A DNA stretch of 31,989 nt from an uncultured Planctomycetales bacterium (GTDB taxonomy: Bacteria > Planctomycetota > Phycisphaerae > UBA1845 > JAFGLZ01). Position numbers and translations under genes: made by a program. This document shows, piece by piece, positions 1 to 8,575 of this stretch (its first letter is position 1; each line of letters opens with the position of its first letter). The stretch is taken from positions 1 to 31,989 of the forward strand of contig CAYMLO010000119.1 of NCBI GenBank assembly GCA_964390905.1. Direction: 5' to 3'. The notes beneath the pieces are model-generated. The model had not been told where the DNA came from, searched no databases, and saw nothing but the letters and a program-made list of their open reading frames with translations.

Positions 1-678
1 CCGCCGTTCTTCTGGAGCCTGTACCGCTGGCACATCCCCGACCCGATCTGCTTCGAGAAGGACCTGCGCGTGACGATCCAGGCGTTGGGATGGGGCAAGG
101 ACGGCAAGTACAAGAAGCTCGCCGCCGACATCGCCTCGGTGGCTTACTGGTACCAGACCGAACCGCACGCTGCGTTTCCGAAGTTGCCGTCGCTGAAGGA
201 GCGCACCACGCGCCAGGAATCGCTGGTGGTGAAGGCCACGGTGAAAGGGGCGCTGGAAGGCGAAGACCTCAGGGTGATTGCCAAGTCCGCGGGCAAGACG
301 ACCAAGCAGCAAACGGGCCTCCACGGAAGGACGGCCTGGAGCAAGGGCGCACATCTGTGGTGGACCGACGCCAAACCGGGCGATACGCTCGATCTGGCCA
401 TCCCGGTCGCCAGGGCGGGCAAGTGCCGGCTGAAGGTCCGGCTCACCAAGGCCTGCGACTACGGCATCGTCCAGCTCTGCCTGGACGGCAAGAAGCTCGG
501 CGATCCGATCGACCTGTACAACGACCAGGCCATCCCTGCCGATCCGATCGATCTGGGGGTGCATCAGCTCGAGAAGCGCGAGCACGTCTTGCGCGTCGAG
601 ATCGTCGGCACCAACGAGAAGGCCAAGAAGTCCTACATGTTCGGGCTGGACTACGTGCTCTTGGAGACGGTTGAGTAG
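1..678 (+). CDS. Hypothetical protein, C-terminal fragment whose 5' end lies outside the window. Possibly a DUF2961-like beta-sandwich protein, at low confidence.
   Basis: Frame 1 is open from nt 1 (PPFFWSLYRWHIPDPICFEKDLRVTIQALGW...) and continuous with the 70..678 track ORF. No upstream stop, so it is 5'-truncated. GC3-rich codon usage. No catalytic motif recognised. The 'YWYQ' and 'RWH..DPI' strings are reminiscent of DUF2961 but unverified. Confidence 0.55.
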   Translation, partial: PPFFWSLYRWHIPDPICFEKDLRVTIQALGWGKDGKYKKLAADIASVAYWYQTEPHAAFPKLPSLKERTTRQESLVVKATVKGALEGEDLRVIAKSAGKTTKQQTGLHGRTAWSKGAHLWWTDAKPGDTLDLAIPVARAGKCRLKVRLTKACDYGIVQLCLDGKKLGDPIDLYNDQAIPADPIDLGVHQLEKREHVLRVEIVGTNEKAKKSYMFGLDYVLLETVE

Positions 679-767
679 CCCGTCGGATTCGCACACGCGG
701 GTCCAAGCGCCTCGGGCTTCTTACCTGTCCGTCCCGCGGTTCTCCAGGTACAATCCGCCCCATCGCC

Positions 768-1319
768 ATGACCGCCCTCGTCGCACGAATCGTGCTGGCC
801 GTGCTGATGTTCCCGCTCGCCTTCTGCTTGGGCATCGCCATGACGGCGGCCCTGGGGAGCTCTGGCATCCTGACTGGCAGAGATGCCTTCATCGTAGGCC
901 TCATTGCCACCGGCACCTTCGTCATCCTCTACTGGTTGCTGTTGTGGCACCGATCCATCCGATGGACAAACCGCCGGGTCACCCAGACCCTTGTCTCCAT
1001 TCCAGGCTGCGCGCTTGCGGGTGTCATGATCGGCGTCATCGTGGCGGGTCCGGCGCCACAGGACGAGATTGGGGTCTTCATCGGTGGCGCGGTCGCCGTT
1101 TCGATCTGGCTTACGGTCACCGTCCTGATCTGGCGCGAAACGACGGCCGAACGCGTCGACCGCATCAGGCGGGCCACTGGGGATGTGCTCTTCTGCCCCA
1201 AGTGTGGCTACAACATGACCGGCCTGCATGAAGCCCGATGCCCCGAATGCGGAACCCGTTTCACGCTCGACCAACTCGTCGCCGCACAGAAGCAGGATCA
1301 ACTCGACGCCTCCTCCTGA
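768..1319 (+). CDS. Integral membrane protein with a C-terminal CxxC...CxxC zinc ribbon; function unknown.
   Basis: 183 aa with four hydrophobic helices (LAVLMFPLAFCLGIAMTAAL, IVGLIATGTFVILYWLLLW, ALAGVMIGVIVAG, AVAVSIWLTVTVLIW). These are followed by CPKCGYNMTGLHEARCPECGTRF, a Cys4 ribbon. Confidence 0.55.
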   Translation: MTALVARIVLAVLMFPLAFCLGIAMTAALGSSGILTGRDAFIVGLIATGTFVILYWLLLWHRSIRWTNRRVTQTLVSIPGCALAGVMIGVIVAGPAPQDEIGVFIGGAVAVSIWLTVTVLIWRETTAERVDRIRRATGDVLFCPKCGYNMTGLHEARCPECGTRFTLDQLVAAQKQDQLDASS

Positions 1320-1449
1320 TCATCGATCGTCGGGCCGTACCGCCGACCCGCTTGTTCGTACCGCTGCGGCAGCGTAGACTATGATACTCTTCATCTGCCT
1401 GCAGGGACGTTCCTAGAGGCAGGCCGAACAACGTCGTTGGAAGCACGCG

Positions 1450-2727
1450 ATGGACCACTTTGTGTACCGTGATGGGCAGTTGTACTGCGAGGACCTCCCC
1501 GCGGTGGATATCGCCGAGCAGGTGGGGACGCCGGTGTACGTGTACAGCCGGGCGACGATTCTGGACCACTACCGGCGGATCGCAGAGGCGTTCGCCGAGC
1601 TGGATCCGGTGATCTGTTACTCGATCAAGAGCTGTTCCAACACCCATATCTGCCGGCTGTTGGCCGAGGCGGGCGCCGGGTTTGACGTCGTTAGCGGGGG
1701 CGAGTTGTTTCGGGCACTGCAGGCGGGGGGGGATCCGGCCAAGATTGCGTTTGCGGGCGTGGGCAAGACCGATCGTGAGATCAACGAGGCCATCGACGCT
1801 GGCATCGGGCTGCTAACGGTCGAGAGCGAGGGCGAGCTGGCCAACATCGCGCGGATCGCCGGCGAGCGCCAGACCGAGGTGTCGGCGGCGCTGCGGATCA
1901 ACCCCGACGTCGATCCGAAGACGCACCGGTACACCTCGACGGGCAAACGGGAGACGAAGTTCGGCGTCGATTTGGCGCGGGCCCGACGTGCGTTCGAGGA
2001 TTTCGGCCGAGATCGATACCTGCGGCTGAGGGGCGTGCATCTGCACATCGGGTCGCCCATCAACTCCGTGGAGCCCTACGTCGAGGCGATCGGCAAGGCG
2101 CTGCAGCTGGTCGACGAGCTTCGGGATGCGGGATTCCAGGTCGATTCGTTCGACATCGGCGGCGGGTTCGGCGCGGACTACCAGCAGAATCAGGCGCCGC
2201 TCGCGGCCGACTACGCGGGGGCCATCGTGCCGCTGCTCCGCGACCGCGGACTCCGTGTCGTTATGGAGCCGGGCAGGAGCATCATGGGCAACGCGGGCAT
2301 CCTGCTGGCCAGAACGCAGTACACCAAGGTCTCGGGCGACAAGCAGTTCGTCATCGTCGACGCGGCCAACACCGATCTGATCCGGCCCAACCTGTATGGG
2401 GCGTTCCATTTCATCTGGCCCGCACAGCCGCCGGCGGGGCTCGAGCCGACGTGCCGGGAGGAAGGGCTTCGGATGGCGGGCACGGTGTCGGTCGACGTGG
2501 TCGGACCGGTGTGTGAGACGGGGGACTTCCTCGGTCTGGATCGGCATCTGCCTCCGGTGCAGCGGGGGGATCTGCTGGCGGTCTTCACCGCGGGGGCCTA
2601 CGGCTTTGCGATGTCCAGCCAGTACAACTCGCGCTGTCGGGCGGCGGAGGTGCTCGTGGCCGGCAGCGACTATCGCATCATCCGACGACGAGAGACGTAC
2701 GCCGATTTGGTTCAGGCCGAATGGTAG
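1450..2727 (+). CDS. lysA: Diaminopimelate decarboxylase (PLP-dependent Orn/DAP/Arg decarboxylase fold, group IV).
   Basis: PLP-lysine region ICYSIKSCSN. HLHIGSPI and GGGFG glycine loop. EPGRSIMGNAG and GPVCETGDFLG C-terminal motifs typical of DAP decarboxylase. 425 aa. Confidence 0.8.
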   Translation: MDHFVYRDGQLYCEDLPAVDIAEQVGTPVYVYSRATILDHYRRIAEAFAELDPVICYSIKSCSNTHICRLLAEAGAGFDVVSGGELFRALQAGGDPAKIAFAGVGKTDREINEAIDAGIGLLTVESEGELANIARIAGERQTEVSAALRINPDVDPKTHRYTSTGKRETKFGVDLARARRAFEDFGRDRYLRLRGVHLHIGSPINSVEPYVEAIGKALQLVDELRDAGFQVDSFDIGGGFGADYQQNQAPLAADYAGAIVPLLRDRGLRVVMEPGRSIMGNAGILLARTQYTKVSGDKQFVIVDAANTDLIRPNLYGAFHFIWPAQPPAGLEPTCREEGLRMAGTVSVDVVGPVCETGDFLGLDRHLPPVQRGDLLAVFTAGAYGFAMSSQYNSRCRAAEVLVAGSDYRIIRRRETYADLVQAEW

Positions 2728-2812
2728 ATGAGCGTCCTTGCCCCTGCCTGCCAGGAACGTCTATCCTCTGGGGGGTGTAGAGTTCGCGTCGCGCCGTCCA
2801 GGACCAGAAGCG

Positions 2813-4516
2813 ATGGCCACCGACGATCGGCCCTGGGTCAAATCCTACGACGAATGGGTCAACCCGGATCTTCCTGTCCCGGATACCTCCTATGTTGACC
2901 TGCTGGAGCAGACCTTCTGCGATTTCCCGGACCACGCGGCGTACCATTTCATGGGCGTCAGCGACACGTTCGGCGACCTGGACGAAAAGTCCCGGCGATT
3001 CGCCGGTTTCCTCGCCGAGATCGGTTGTGAGCCGGGAGACGTCGTCGGGATCTGCCTGCCCAACACCCCCCAGTACATGATCGCCCACGCGGGTGCGCTG
3101 CGAGCAGGATGCGTGGTCAGCGGGGTGTCGCCCCTCCTGTCTGCCAGAGAGATGGCGTATCAGCTCAGTGACTGTCGTGCCCGGGTCCTGGTGGTCCTGG
3201 ACGCGGTGTTCGAGCACAGGCTTCTGGACGTCCACGAGCAGGTGCCCGACCTCAGTCACGTCGTGGTGACCAACATCGCCGACTCGCTCCCGCGACTCAA
3301 GCGCCTCCTCGGCAAGATGCTGGGGAAGATCCCTACCGGTCGGACCGTCCCCGTGCCCGGCAAGACCATCGTCGGGTTCGGCGAGATCCTGCGAACGACC
3401 GCGCCGGGATGTCCCGAGGTCGAAGTAAGGCCCGAGGACATCTGCATGATCATGTACACCGGGGGGACGACGGGCCCGGCGAAGGGGGCCGAGATCACCC
3501 ACCGCAACCTGTCGGCCTTCGTTCATCAGGGCGTCAACTTGATTAACGCAGACCCGGGGGCGGAAATCTGCTGCTCCGCGGCGCCGTTCTTCCATATTGC
3601 CGGATCGGCTGTGAACATGTGGTGCATGGCCATGGCTTGCGCGCAGGTGCTTATCCCGGATCCGCGGAATACGCGCCACCTCGCCCGCCAGATCGCACGG
3701 CATCGGCCCACGTTCATGTTCAACGTCCCGTCGCTGTACCAGCTGCTCCTGGCCGACCCCGCATTCACGTCGCTGGACGCCTCCGTGTTTGAGCCGCTGC
3801 GGGCCTGCCTCTCCGGAGCTGCCCCCTTCTCGATGGAGACCATCCGAGGCCTGGAGCGTACGGTGGGCGAGGGCAAGGCCATCGAGCTCTACGGGATGAC
3901 CGAGGCGACGGCCCTCGTGACCATAAACCCCCTCGACGGGATCAAGAAACATGGCTCGGTGGGGCTGCCCATCCAGAATACGTGGGTCAAGCTGGTCGAC
4001 CTGGAAACCGGCAAGCGGGAGGTCCCCCTCGGCCAGGAAGGCGAGATCATCGTCAGCGGCCCTATCGTCATGAAGGGCTACCACAACAGGCCCGACGAGA
4101 CCGCCCACGCCCTGCGCGAGTTTCAGGGCAGGCGGTGGATGTTCACGGGCGACGTCGGCAGGATGGACGAGGACGGATACGTTTACATCATCGACCGGGC
4201 CAAGGACATGATCAACGTGGGGGGGTTCAAGGTCTTCTCGGTGGAGACCGAGGAGGTCCTGCACGAGCATCCGGCCGTGGCCTGCTGCGCTGTCGTGGGG
4301 CTGCCCAACCCCAAACGTCCGGGCAGCGAACTGGTCAAGGCCGTCATCCAACCTGCGCCCCAGTACAAGGATCGTGACGCCGCCGAGCTGAAGGACCAGA
4401 TCATCGACCACTGCCGTCGAAACCTGGCCCCTTACAAGGTGCCCAAGATCGTTGAGTTCGTGGACGAGATCCCGATGACGCCCGTCGGCAAGGTGGACAA
4501 GAAGGCCTTGCGGTGA
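2813..4516 (+). CDS. AMP-forming acyl-CoA synthetase / long-chain fatty acid-CoA ligase (ANL superfamily).
   Basis: AMP-binding signature MYTGGTTGPAKGAEITHRNL. YGMTEA, GDVGRMDEDGYVYIIDRAKDMI, and C-terminal PKIVEFVDEIPMTPVGKVDKKAL. The track start at 2738 (TTG) would abut the lysA stop. ATG at 2813 is preceded by AGGA and gives the typical N-terminus, so the start was placed there (uncertain). Confidence 0.85.
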   Translation: MATDDRPWVKSYDEWVNPDLPVPDTSYVDLLEQTFCDFPDHAAYHFMGVSDTFGDLDEKSRRFAGFLAEIGCEPGDVVGICLPNTPQYMIAHAGALRAGCVVSGVSPLLSAREMAYQLSDCRARVLVVLDAVFEHRLLDVHEQVPDLSHVVVTNIADSLPRLKRLLGKMLGKIPTGRTVPVPGKTIVGFGEILRTTAPGCPEVEVRPEDICMIMYTGGTTGPAKGAEITHRNLSAFVHQGVNLINADPGAEICCSAAPFFHIAGSAVNMWCMAMACAQVLIPDPRNTRHLARQIARHRPTFMFNVPSLYQLLLADPAFTSLDASVFEPLRACLSGAAPFSMETIRGLERTVGEGKAIELYGMTEATALVTINPLDGIKKHGSVGLPIQNTWVKLVDLETGKREVPLGQEGEIIVSGPIVMKGYHNRPDETAHALREFQGRRWMFTGDVGRMDEDGYVYIIDRAKDMINVGGFKVFSVETEEVLHEHPAVACCAVVGLPNPKRPGSELVKAVIQPAPQYKDRDAAELKDQIIDHCRRNLAPYKVPKIVEFVDEIPMTPVGKVDKKALR

Positions 4517-4561
4517 TGCGTTCCTTGATGGCAGCGTTGCGCCAGGACGGCGTTTGGCTGG

Positions 4562-5020
4562 CTAGGCTACGGGTTCGAAGTGGCTGATTGCCAGGATGTT
4601 GTCCTTGGGTTCCTCGCTGAAGACCGCCTGGACGCGCATGCCGACGCGGGCGTTCTCGACCTTGCCGCACTCGAGCAGGTGGGCGACGGGCGTGTCGGCG
4701 CCGTCGAGCTTGACGAGGGCCAAGACGTAGGGGGGCGCCTTGGGCTGGTAGGGCTCGGCGTAGCGGATGACGGTAAAGCCGGTCACCTCGCCGGTGGGCG
4801 CGATCTCGACCCAGCGATCGGTCAGGTTGGAGAAGCAACGTTCACACGTCTGGCGCGGGGGAACGAACGTTTTGTCGCACGCCTCGCACCTGACGCCGAG
4901 GATCTTGCGCTCGTCGCGGAGCGCGACGATGAACTTGCTGCCGGTGGCCCCTGCGAAGTACTGGTAGGGCAGGGCCATCTTGCCTTCGATCACAAACGCG
5001 TCGCCCTTGTCCTCGCTCAT
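4562..5020 (-). CDS. DUF35 family protein: rubredoxin-like Zn ribbon plus OB-fold, the usual partner of SCP-x thiolase-fold enzymes.
   Basis: CEACDKTFVPPRQTCERCFS (CxxC-x8-CxxC ribbon) followed by an OB-fold region (VEIAPTGEVTGFTVIRY...VLALVKLDG). 152 aa. ATG start with GAGG upstream. Confidence 0.8.
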   Translation of the reverse strand: MSEDKGDAFVIEGKMALPYQYFAGATGSKFIVALRDERKILGVRCEACDKTFVPPRQTCERCFSNLTDRWVEIAPTGEVTGFTVIRYAEPYQPKAPPYVLALVKLDGADTPVAHLLECGKVENARVGMRVQAVFSEEPKDNILAISHFEPVA

Positions 5021-5061
5021 GTCGCTAGCCTCGTGTCTTTCCGATGACCCGGCTCTGCCGT

Positions 5062-5562
5062 CTAGCCGTCGCCGCCCGCTGCATCCTCGATGATCTCGAA
5101 GTGTTTGATGTCTGTCATGGCCCCTTTGCGCTCATCTGCGTAGACGACGCGGACGCGGAGCCCGCGGCGGACCTTCTGTGGGTCTGGCGCGTCCAGCAGA
5201 TGCCAGAGCGGTGCGTGGCCCTGCGTGCCGTCCAGGTGCGCCCAGCAGGCGACGTAGGGCGTCTTGCGCGTCTCACCCGTGAGCGGGTCGGGGCTGGCGT
5301 AGTAGACCACGTCGAACTCGTGGATCACGCCCTCGGGACCCAACTCTTCCCACTCGGTTGCCTCGACGCGGCAGACCGCACACACCTCCCGGGGGGGGAG
5401 TTGGTGGCGGCCGCACTGGGGGCACTTGTTGGCCATGATCCGCTTGTTGTCGCGGAGCTCCCGAAGGAACCGCCCCATCACCGGACCGGTCGAAAAACGC
5501 TGAGGAATCGAGAGGATCTGTCGCGAGACGATCAGTTCCTGATCGGTCGTGTCTTTACCCAT
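5062..5562 (-). CDS. DUF35 family protein (Zn ribbon plus OB-fold), second paralog.
   Basis: CPQCGRHQLPPREVCAVCRV ribbon followed by an OB-fold (GVIHEFDVVYYAS...YVACWAHLDG). 166 aa. The start overlaps the upstream thiolase-like gene stop by 8 nt. Confidence 0.8.
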   Translation of the reverse strand: MGKDTTDQELIVSRQILSIPQRFSTGPVMGRFLRELRDNKRIMANKCPQCGRHQLPPREVCAVCRVEATEWEELGPEGVIHEFDVVYYASPDPLTGETRKTPYVACWAHLDGTQGHAPLWHLLDAPDPQKVRRGLRVRVVYADERKGAMTDIKHFEIIEDAAGGDG

Positions 5563-6751
5563 GGCTCGCGGCTCCCAGTTGGGGCTTGTTCTTCGACAAC
5601 AGCATCAACACCGTCCACAAGGTCCCGCCGAAGCCGGAAGCGAGCGCCAGGCGAACGGGCCCGGGCACCTGGTGGTCGCCGGCCGTCCCGCGAACTTGCA
5701 TGGCCGCCTCGGCGACGCGGACCAGCGCGGTCGCGCCGATCGGATTGCTCGCCATCACGCCTCCGGAGGGGTTGATGGCGATCTTGCCGTCCGGGCCGAT
5801 CTCGTCGTTCTCGACCATCCGGAGGTGTTCGTCGCCCTCGAGCAGCAAGAACTCCCGCATCCAGTCGAGGCCCCACCAGGCGGACGGGTCGTATACCTCG
5901 AACACGTCGAGATCGCGCACCGGATCGGTAACGCCGTTCCGGGCGAACAGCCGCTCGGCCGCCGCGCGATGCGTCGTCTGCTCCGGGGTGAACATCAGGG
6001 TCTCTTCGCGGTGTACGGTTTCGTGATCGACGACCCAGGCGGGATTGGCGTCGAAAGCGTCGACCTTGTCTTCCGATGCAAAGATCACCGCGCACGCCCC
6101 GTCGCTCTGCGAGCACATGTGCAGCATCCGCAGCTCGCCGACCAGGCGCAGGTCGGTGTCGGCGTAATCCTTGAGGTGGTTGCGGTCGAGCTGTAACCGG
6201 CGGTGCGCCTTAGCGTTGCGCATGGCGTTCTCGTCCATAATCGTTCGCAGCTTGATGGCTGCGAGCTTGGCCCGCTCCTCGCCGAACTCCTCGATGACCT
6301 GCTGCGCCGTCGTGCCGGTCAGCGCGCCGGTCTGCAGCCCACGTCCCCAGAGCGGATCGGCCATGTTGGTGATCCCGCCGGTGGTGTGGCCCTCCTGGAG
6401 CTTCTCGAAGCCGATGGCCAGGACGACATCGTGCAACCCCGAGGCCACGACGTTGTCGGCTGCGCAGGCCAGCGTCGATCCCGTCGTGCCGCCGGTGGTC
6501 AGACGGATCCCCGACTTGCCCCACGCCCCGCTGCCCAGGACGTGCCACATGTCGGGTTGATGCACCATCTCGAACAGCTCCATGTTCCCGTGCAGGACGC
6601 AGTCGACGTCGTCCAGGGCCAGCCGGGCGTCTTCGAGGGCCTCGACGACGGCCTCGTGGATCATTTCGGGTTGGTTGACCTCTTCGCGGTGGCTGGAGAA
6701 CTTCGACATCCCACAGCCGATGACGGCCACGTTTCGGTTCTTGGTCTTCAT
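5555..6751 (-). CDS. SCP-x type thiolase-fold protein that appears to lack the nucleophilic Cys; Ltp2-like.
   Basis: N-terminus NVAVIGCGMSKF is typical of SCP2 thiolases. GSTLA....ASGLHDVVLAIGFEKL matches the SCP-x block C-ATGSTAL....QGGxxDxVLxxGxEKM, but with G in place of the catalytic Cys (by-eye alignment). C-terminal INPSGG and ALASGFGG. RBS AGGAAGG before ATG 6751. Confidence 0.8.
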   Translation of the reverse strand: MKTKNRNVAVIGCGMSKFSSHREEVNQPEMIHEAVVEALEDARLALDDVDCVLHGNMELFEMVHQPDMWHVLGSGAWGKSGIRLTTGGTTGSTLACAADNVVASGLHDVVLAIGFEKLQEGHTTGGITNMADPLWGRGLQTGALTGTTAQQVIEEFGEERAKLAAIKLRTIMDENAMRNAKAHRRLQLDRNHLKDYADTDLRLVGELRMLHMCSQSDGACAVIFASEDKVDAFDANPAWVVDHETVHREETLMFTPEQTTHRAAAERLFARNGVTDPVRDLDVFEVYDPSAWWGLDWMREFLLLEGDEHLRMVENDEIGPDGKIAINPSGGVMASNPIGATALVRVAEAAMQVRGTAGDHQVPGPVRLALASGFGGTLWTVLMLLSKNKPQLGAASHG

Positions 6752-6809
6752 GCCGTCTGCCTTCCTGCTGTCGTCCTCACTGCGAGCGCGCTGCGCAGCG
6801 TCTTCTTCC

Positions 6810-7952
6810 CTAGCTTTCCAGCACGACGACCGTCTGCAACTGTCCGGCCGGTCCGGTCGCGCCCTGGGCGACGGCGCGCTTGGCGTCGGCCACCTGCCGA
6901 TCGCCCGCCTCGCCGCGCAGTTGAATGACGGCCTCGGCCATCCGGGCCATGCCGCCCAGCATGAGGGGGTTGCCGGCCAACATCCCGCCCGAGCGGTTCA
7001 CGTTGTCGTTGTCCGGTCCGCCGTCGCTCAGCCACTGGCCACCGCCGCCGGCCTCGCATAGGCCCAACCCTTCTGCGTATTGGGGCAACTGGTGCGCGTA
7101 CTGATCGGCGATCTCGACGACGTCGAACGCCTGCTTCGGATTATCGATTCCTGCCATGGCGTAGGCGCGCTCGGCGGCTCGCTGCAGGGCGAAGTTGCCC
7201 GCCAGGTCGCGCTCGCCCAGGAAGAAGCTGTCGTGGCAATTGCCGAGGCCCGTGACCCAAATGGGGCGGTCGGTGATCTCGGCGGCGCGCTGCTCGCTCG
7301 CGAGAATCATCGCCACCGCGCCGTCGGACACCGGGTACATGAAGGCCTCGCGGATCGGGTCGGCGAGCATGGGCGACGCCAGCGCTTCCTGTCGGCTGAG
7401 CGGCTTGTTGTCCTGGGCCACGGGGTTCTTGCTCGCCCACTGCCGGGCCCGAACGACCAGGTCAGCCAACTGTTCTTCGGTTACCCCCGACCGGGCCATG
7501 TAGGCCTGCGCCTGCATCGCCGCCGTCGCGAGATAGTCCAGCCCCACCGGCCGGGTGTAGAACGGATCAAACGCCAGGTGCGTCACCATGTTTCGGCTGG
7601 CCGGCTGCGACTCCTTGCAGTGTCCGGCGAGCAGCACGACGTCGTGGTGGCCCGACAGGATGACCGACGTGGCGTAGTACACCCCCTGCGCACCGTCGGC
7701 GGCGACCTTCTCCTCGCTCTGGAAATGGGCGCCAACCACGTCCGTCATCGCGCTGTCGGAGATCGTGCGGGCGTCGAAGACGTCGTCGGAGACCGTAACG
7801 GCCGCCTGGATGCCGTCCTCGCCGAACGCGAGGTGAGTCTGTTGGCGGACGGCGTCGACCACCTCCCAAACCATCCCCTGCATGCGGGCGTCCCACCTGT
7901 TGGTCTCGAACTTGGTTTGCGCGACCGCGCAGATAGCGACACGATTGGCCAC
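6810..7952 (-). CDS. SCP-x type thiolase-fold protein, second paralog, also apparently lacking the nucleophilic Cys.
   Basis: RVAICAVAQTKF N-terminus. AADGAQG....LSGHHDVVLLAGHCKE aligns to CATGSTA....QGGxxDxVL with A in the Cys position. C-terminal GGMLAGNPL. The track start at 7982 is TTG and would overlap PHP by 25 nt. GTG at 7952 is preceded by GGAGGT at the correct spacing and gives an M-ANRVAICAV N-terminus, so that start was chosen. Confidence 0.75.
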   Translation of the reverse strand: MANRVAICAVAQTKFETNRWDARMQGMVWEVVDAVRQQTHLAFGEDGIQAAVTVSDDVFDARTISDSAMTDVVGAHFQSEEKVAADGAQGVYYATSVILSGHHDVVLLAGHCKESQPASRNMVTHLAFDPFYTRPVGLDYLATAAMQAQAYMARSGVTEEQLADLVVRARQWASKNPVAQDNKPLSRQEALASPMLADPIREAFMYPVSDGAVAMILASEQRAAEITDRPIWVTGLGNCHDSFFLGERDLAGNFALQRAAERAYAMAGIDNPKQAFDVVEIADQYAHQLPQYAEGLGLCEAGGGGQWLSDGGPDNDNVNRSGGMLAGNPLMLGGMARMAEAVIQLRGEAGDRQVADAKRAVAQGATGPAGQLQTVVVLES

Positions 7953-7957
7953 GGGCC

Positions 7958-8572
7958 CTACCTCCAACCGATGTTCGTCCAATCGGACTGCGACGCCGTC
8001 GAATTATAGCAGATCCGGGCCTGGCCGTTTTTGATGGCCCGGAGGATGGCGTCTGGCTCCCTCTGGCAGTCTACCTCGACCCAGGCCCGGCCGCAGCCGT
8101 CGCGTGTGTGCGAATCGTCGGCGGTCACCTTGGGGCGGGGGATTTCGTCGACGTCGTACTCCGGCGTGTAGAAGCCCCGCAGCGTCACCTCGACGGCGTG
8201 GATGGGCAGGGTCTTCTCGATCTCGTTGATCCGCTCGACGACCTGATCGACGGTGAAGCCGTATTGCGCCGGATGGTTCAGGATGTTGAGCTCCTCGCGC
8301 TCGCCGCGGATCTGGCCTACGTGGAGGTAGCCCCAGGCAAAGACGCTCCGCTCGACGCCCTTGAAGACGAGCATGCCCTCGAACTCGTCGGGGACGTCCT
8401 CGTAGGCGTCAGGCCTGAACAGGAAGTCGTGATCGGTTAGGGCCACGAAGTCGAAGCCGAGATCGGCGTAGACCCGCAGGACCTCATGAGGCGACAGATC
8501 GCCGTCGCTGCAGGTGGTGTGTGTGTGGAGCGCACCTTTCAATGAGCGTGGGTTGTCGGTGGGTTGCTCCAC
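7958..8572 (-). CDS. PHP-domain metal-dependent phosphoesterase.
   Basis: LHTHTTCSDGDLSP (PHP motif I HxHxxxSDG). FVALTDHD, NHP, HAVEV. 204 aa. Embedded between the MaoC and thiolase-like genes on the same strand. Confidence 0.75.
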   Translation of the reverse strand: MEQPTDNPRSLKGALHTHTTCSDGDLSPHEVLRVYADLGFDFVALTDHDFLFRPDAYEDVPDEFEGMLVFKGVERSVFAWGYLHVGQIRGEREELNILNHPAQYGFTVDQVVERINEIEKTLPIHAVEVTLRGFYTPEYDVDEIPRPKVTADDSHTRDGCGRAWVEVDCQREPDAILRAIKNGQARICYNSTASQSDWTNIGWR

Positions 8573-8575
8573 GAT

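Noticed and set aside
443-1301. Overlapping alternative-frame ORFs 443-925(-), 651-1301(-), 671-1231(+) and 929-1201(-).
   Set aside because: They are Arg/Pro/Gly-rich and low-complexity, and lie in frames antisense or offset to the well-supported + strand genes. Such ORFs are expected by chance in GC-rich DNA.
1320-1449. Possible lysine riboswitch or attenuator upstream of lysA.
   Set aside because: Only about 130 nt of leader is available, far shorter than a LYS element. No conserved riboswitch core was seen. A TATGAT-like hexamer and a short imperfect hairpin are all that is present.
2678-4411. 577-aa minus-strand ORF antisense to the acyl-CoA ligase gene.
   Set aside because: It shows no domain signature and has an Asp/Gly/Arg-rich composition. 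The sense-strand gene has an unambiguous AMP-binding signature.
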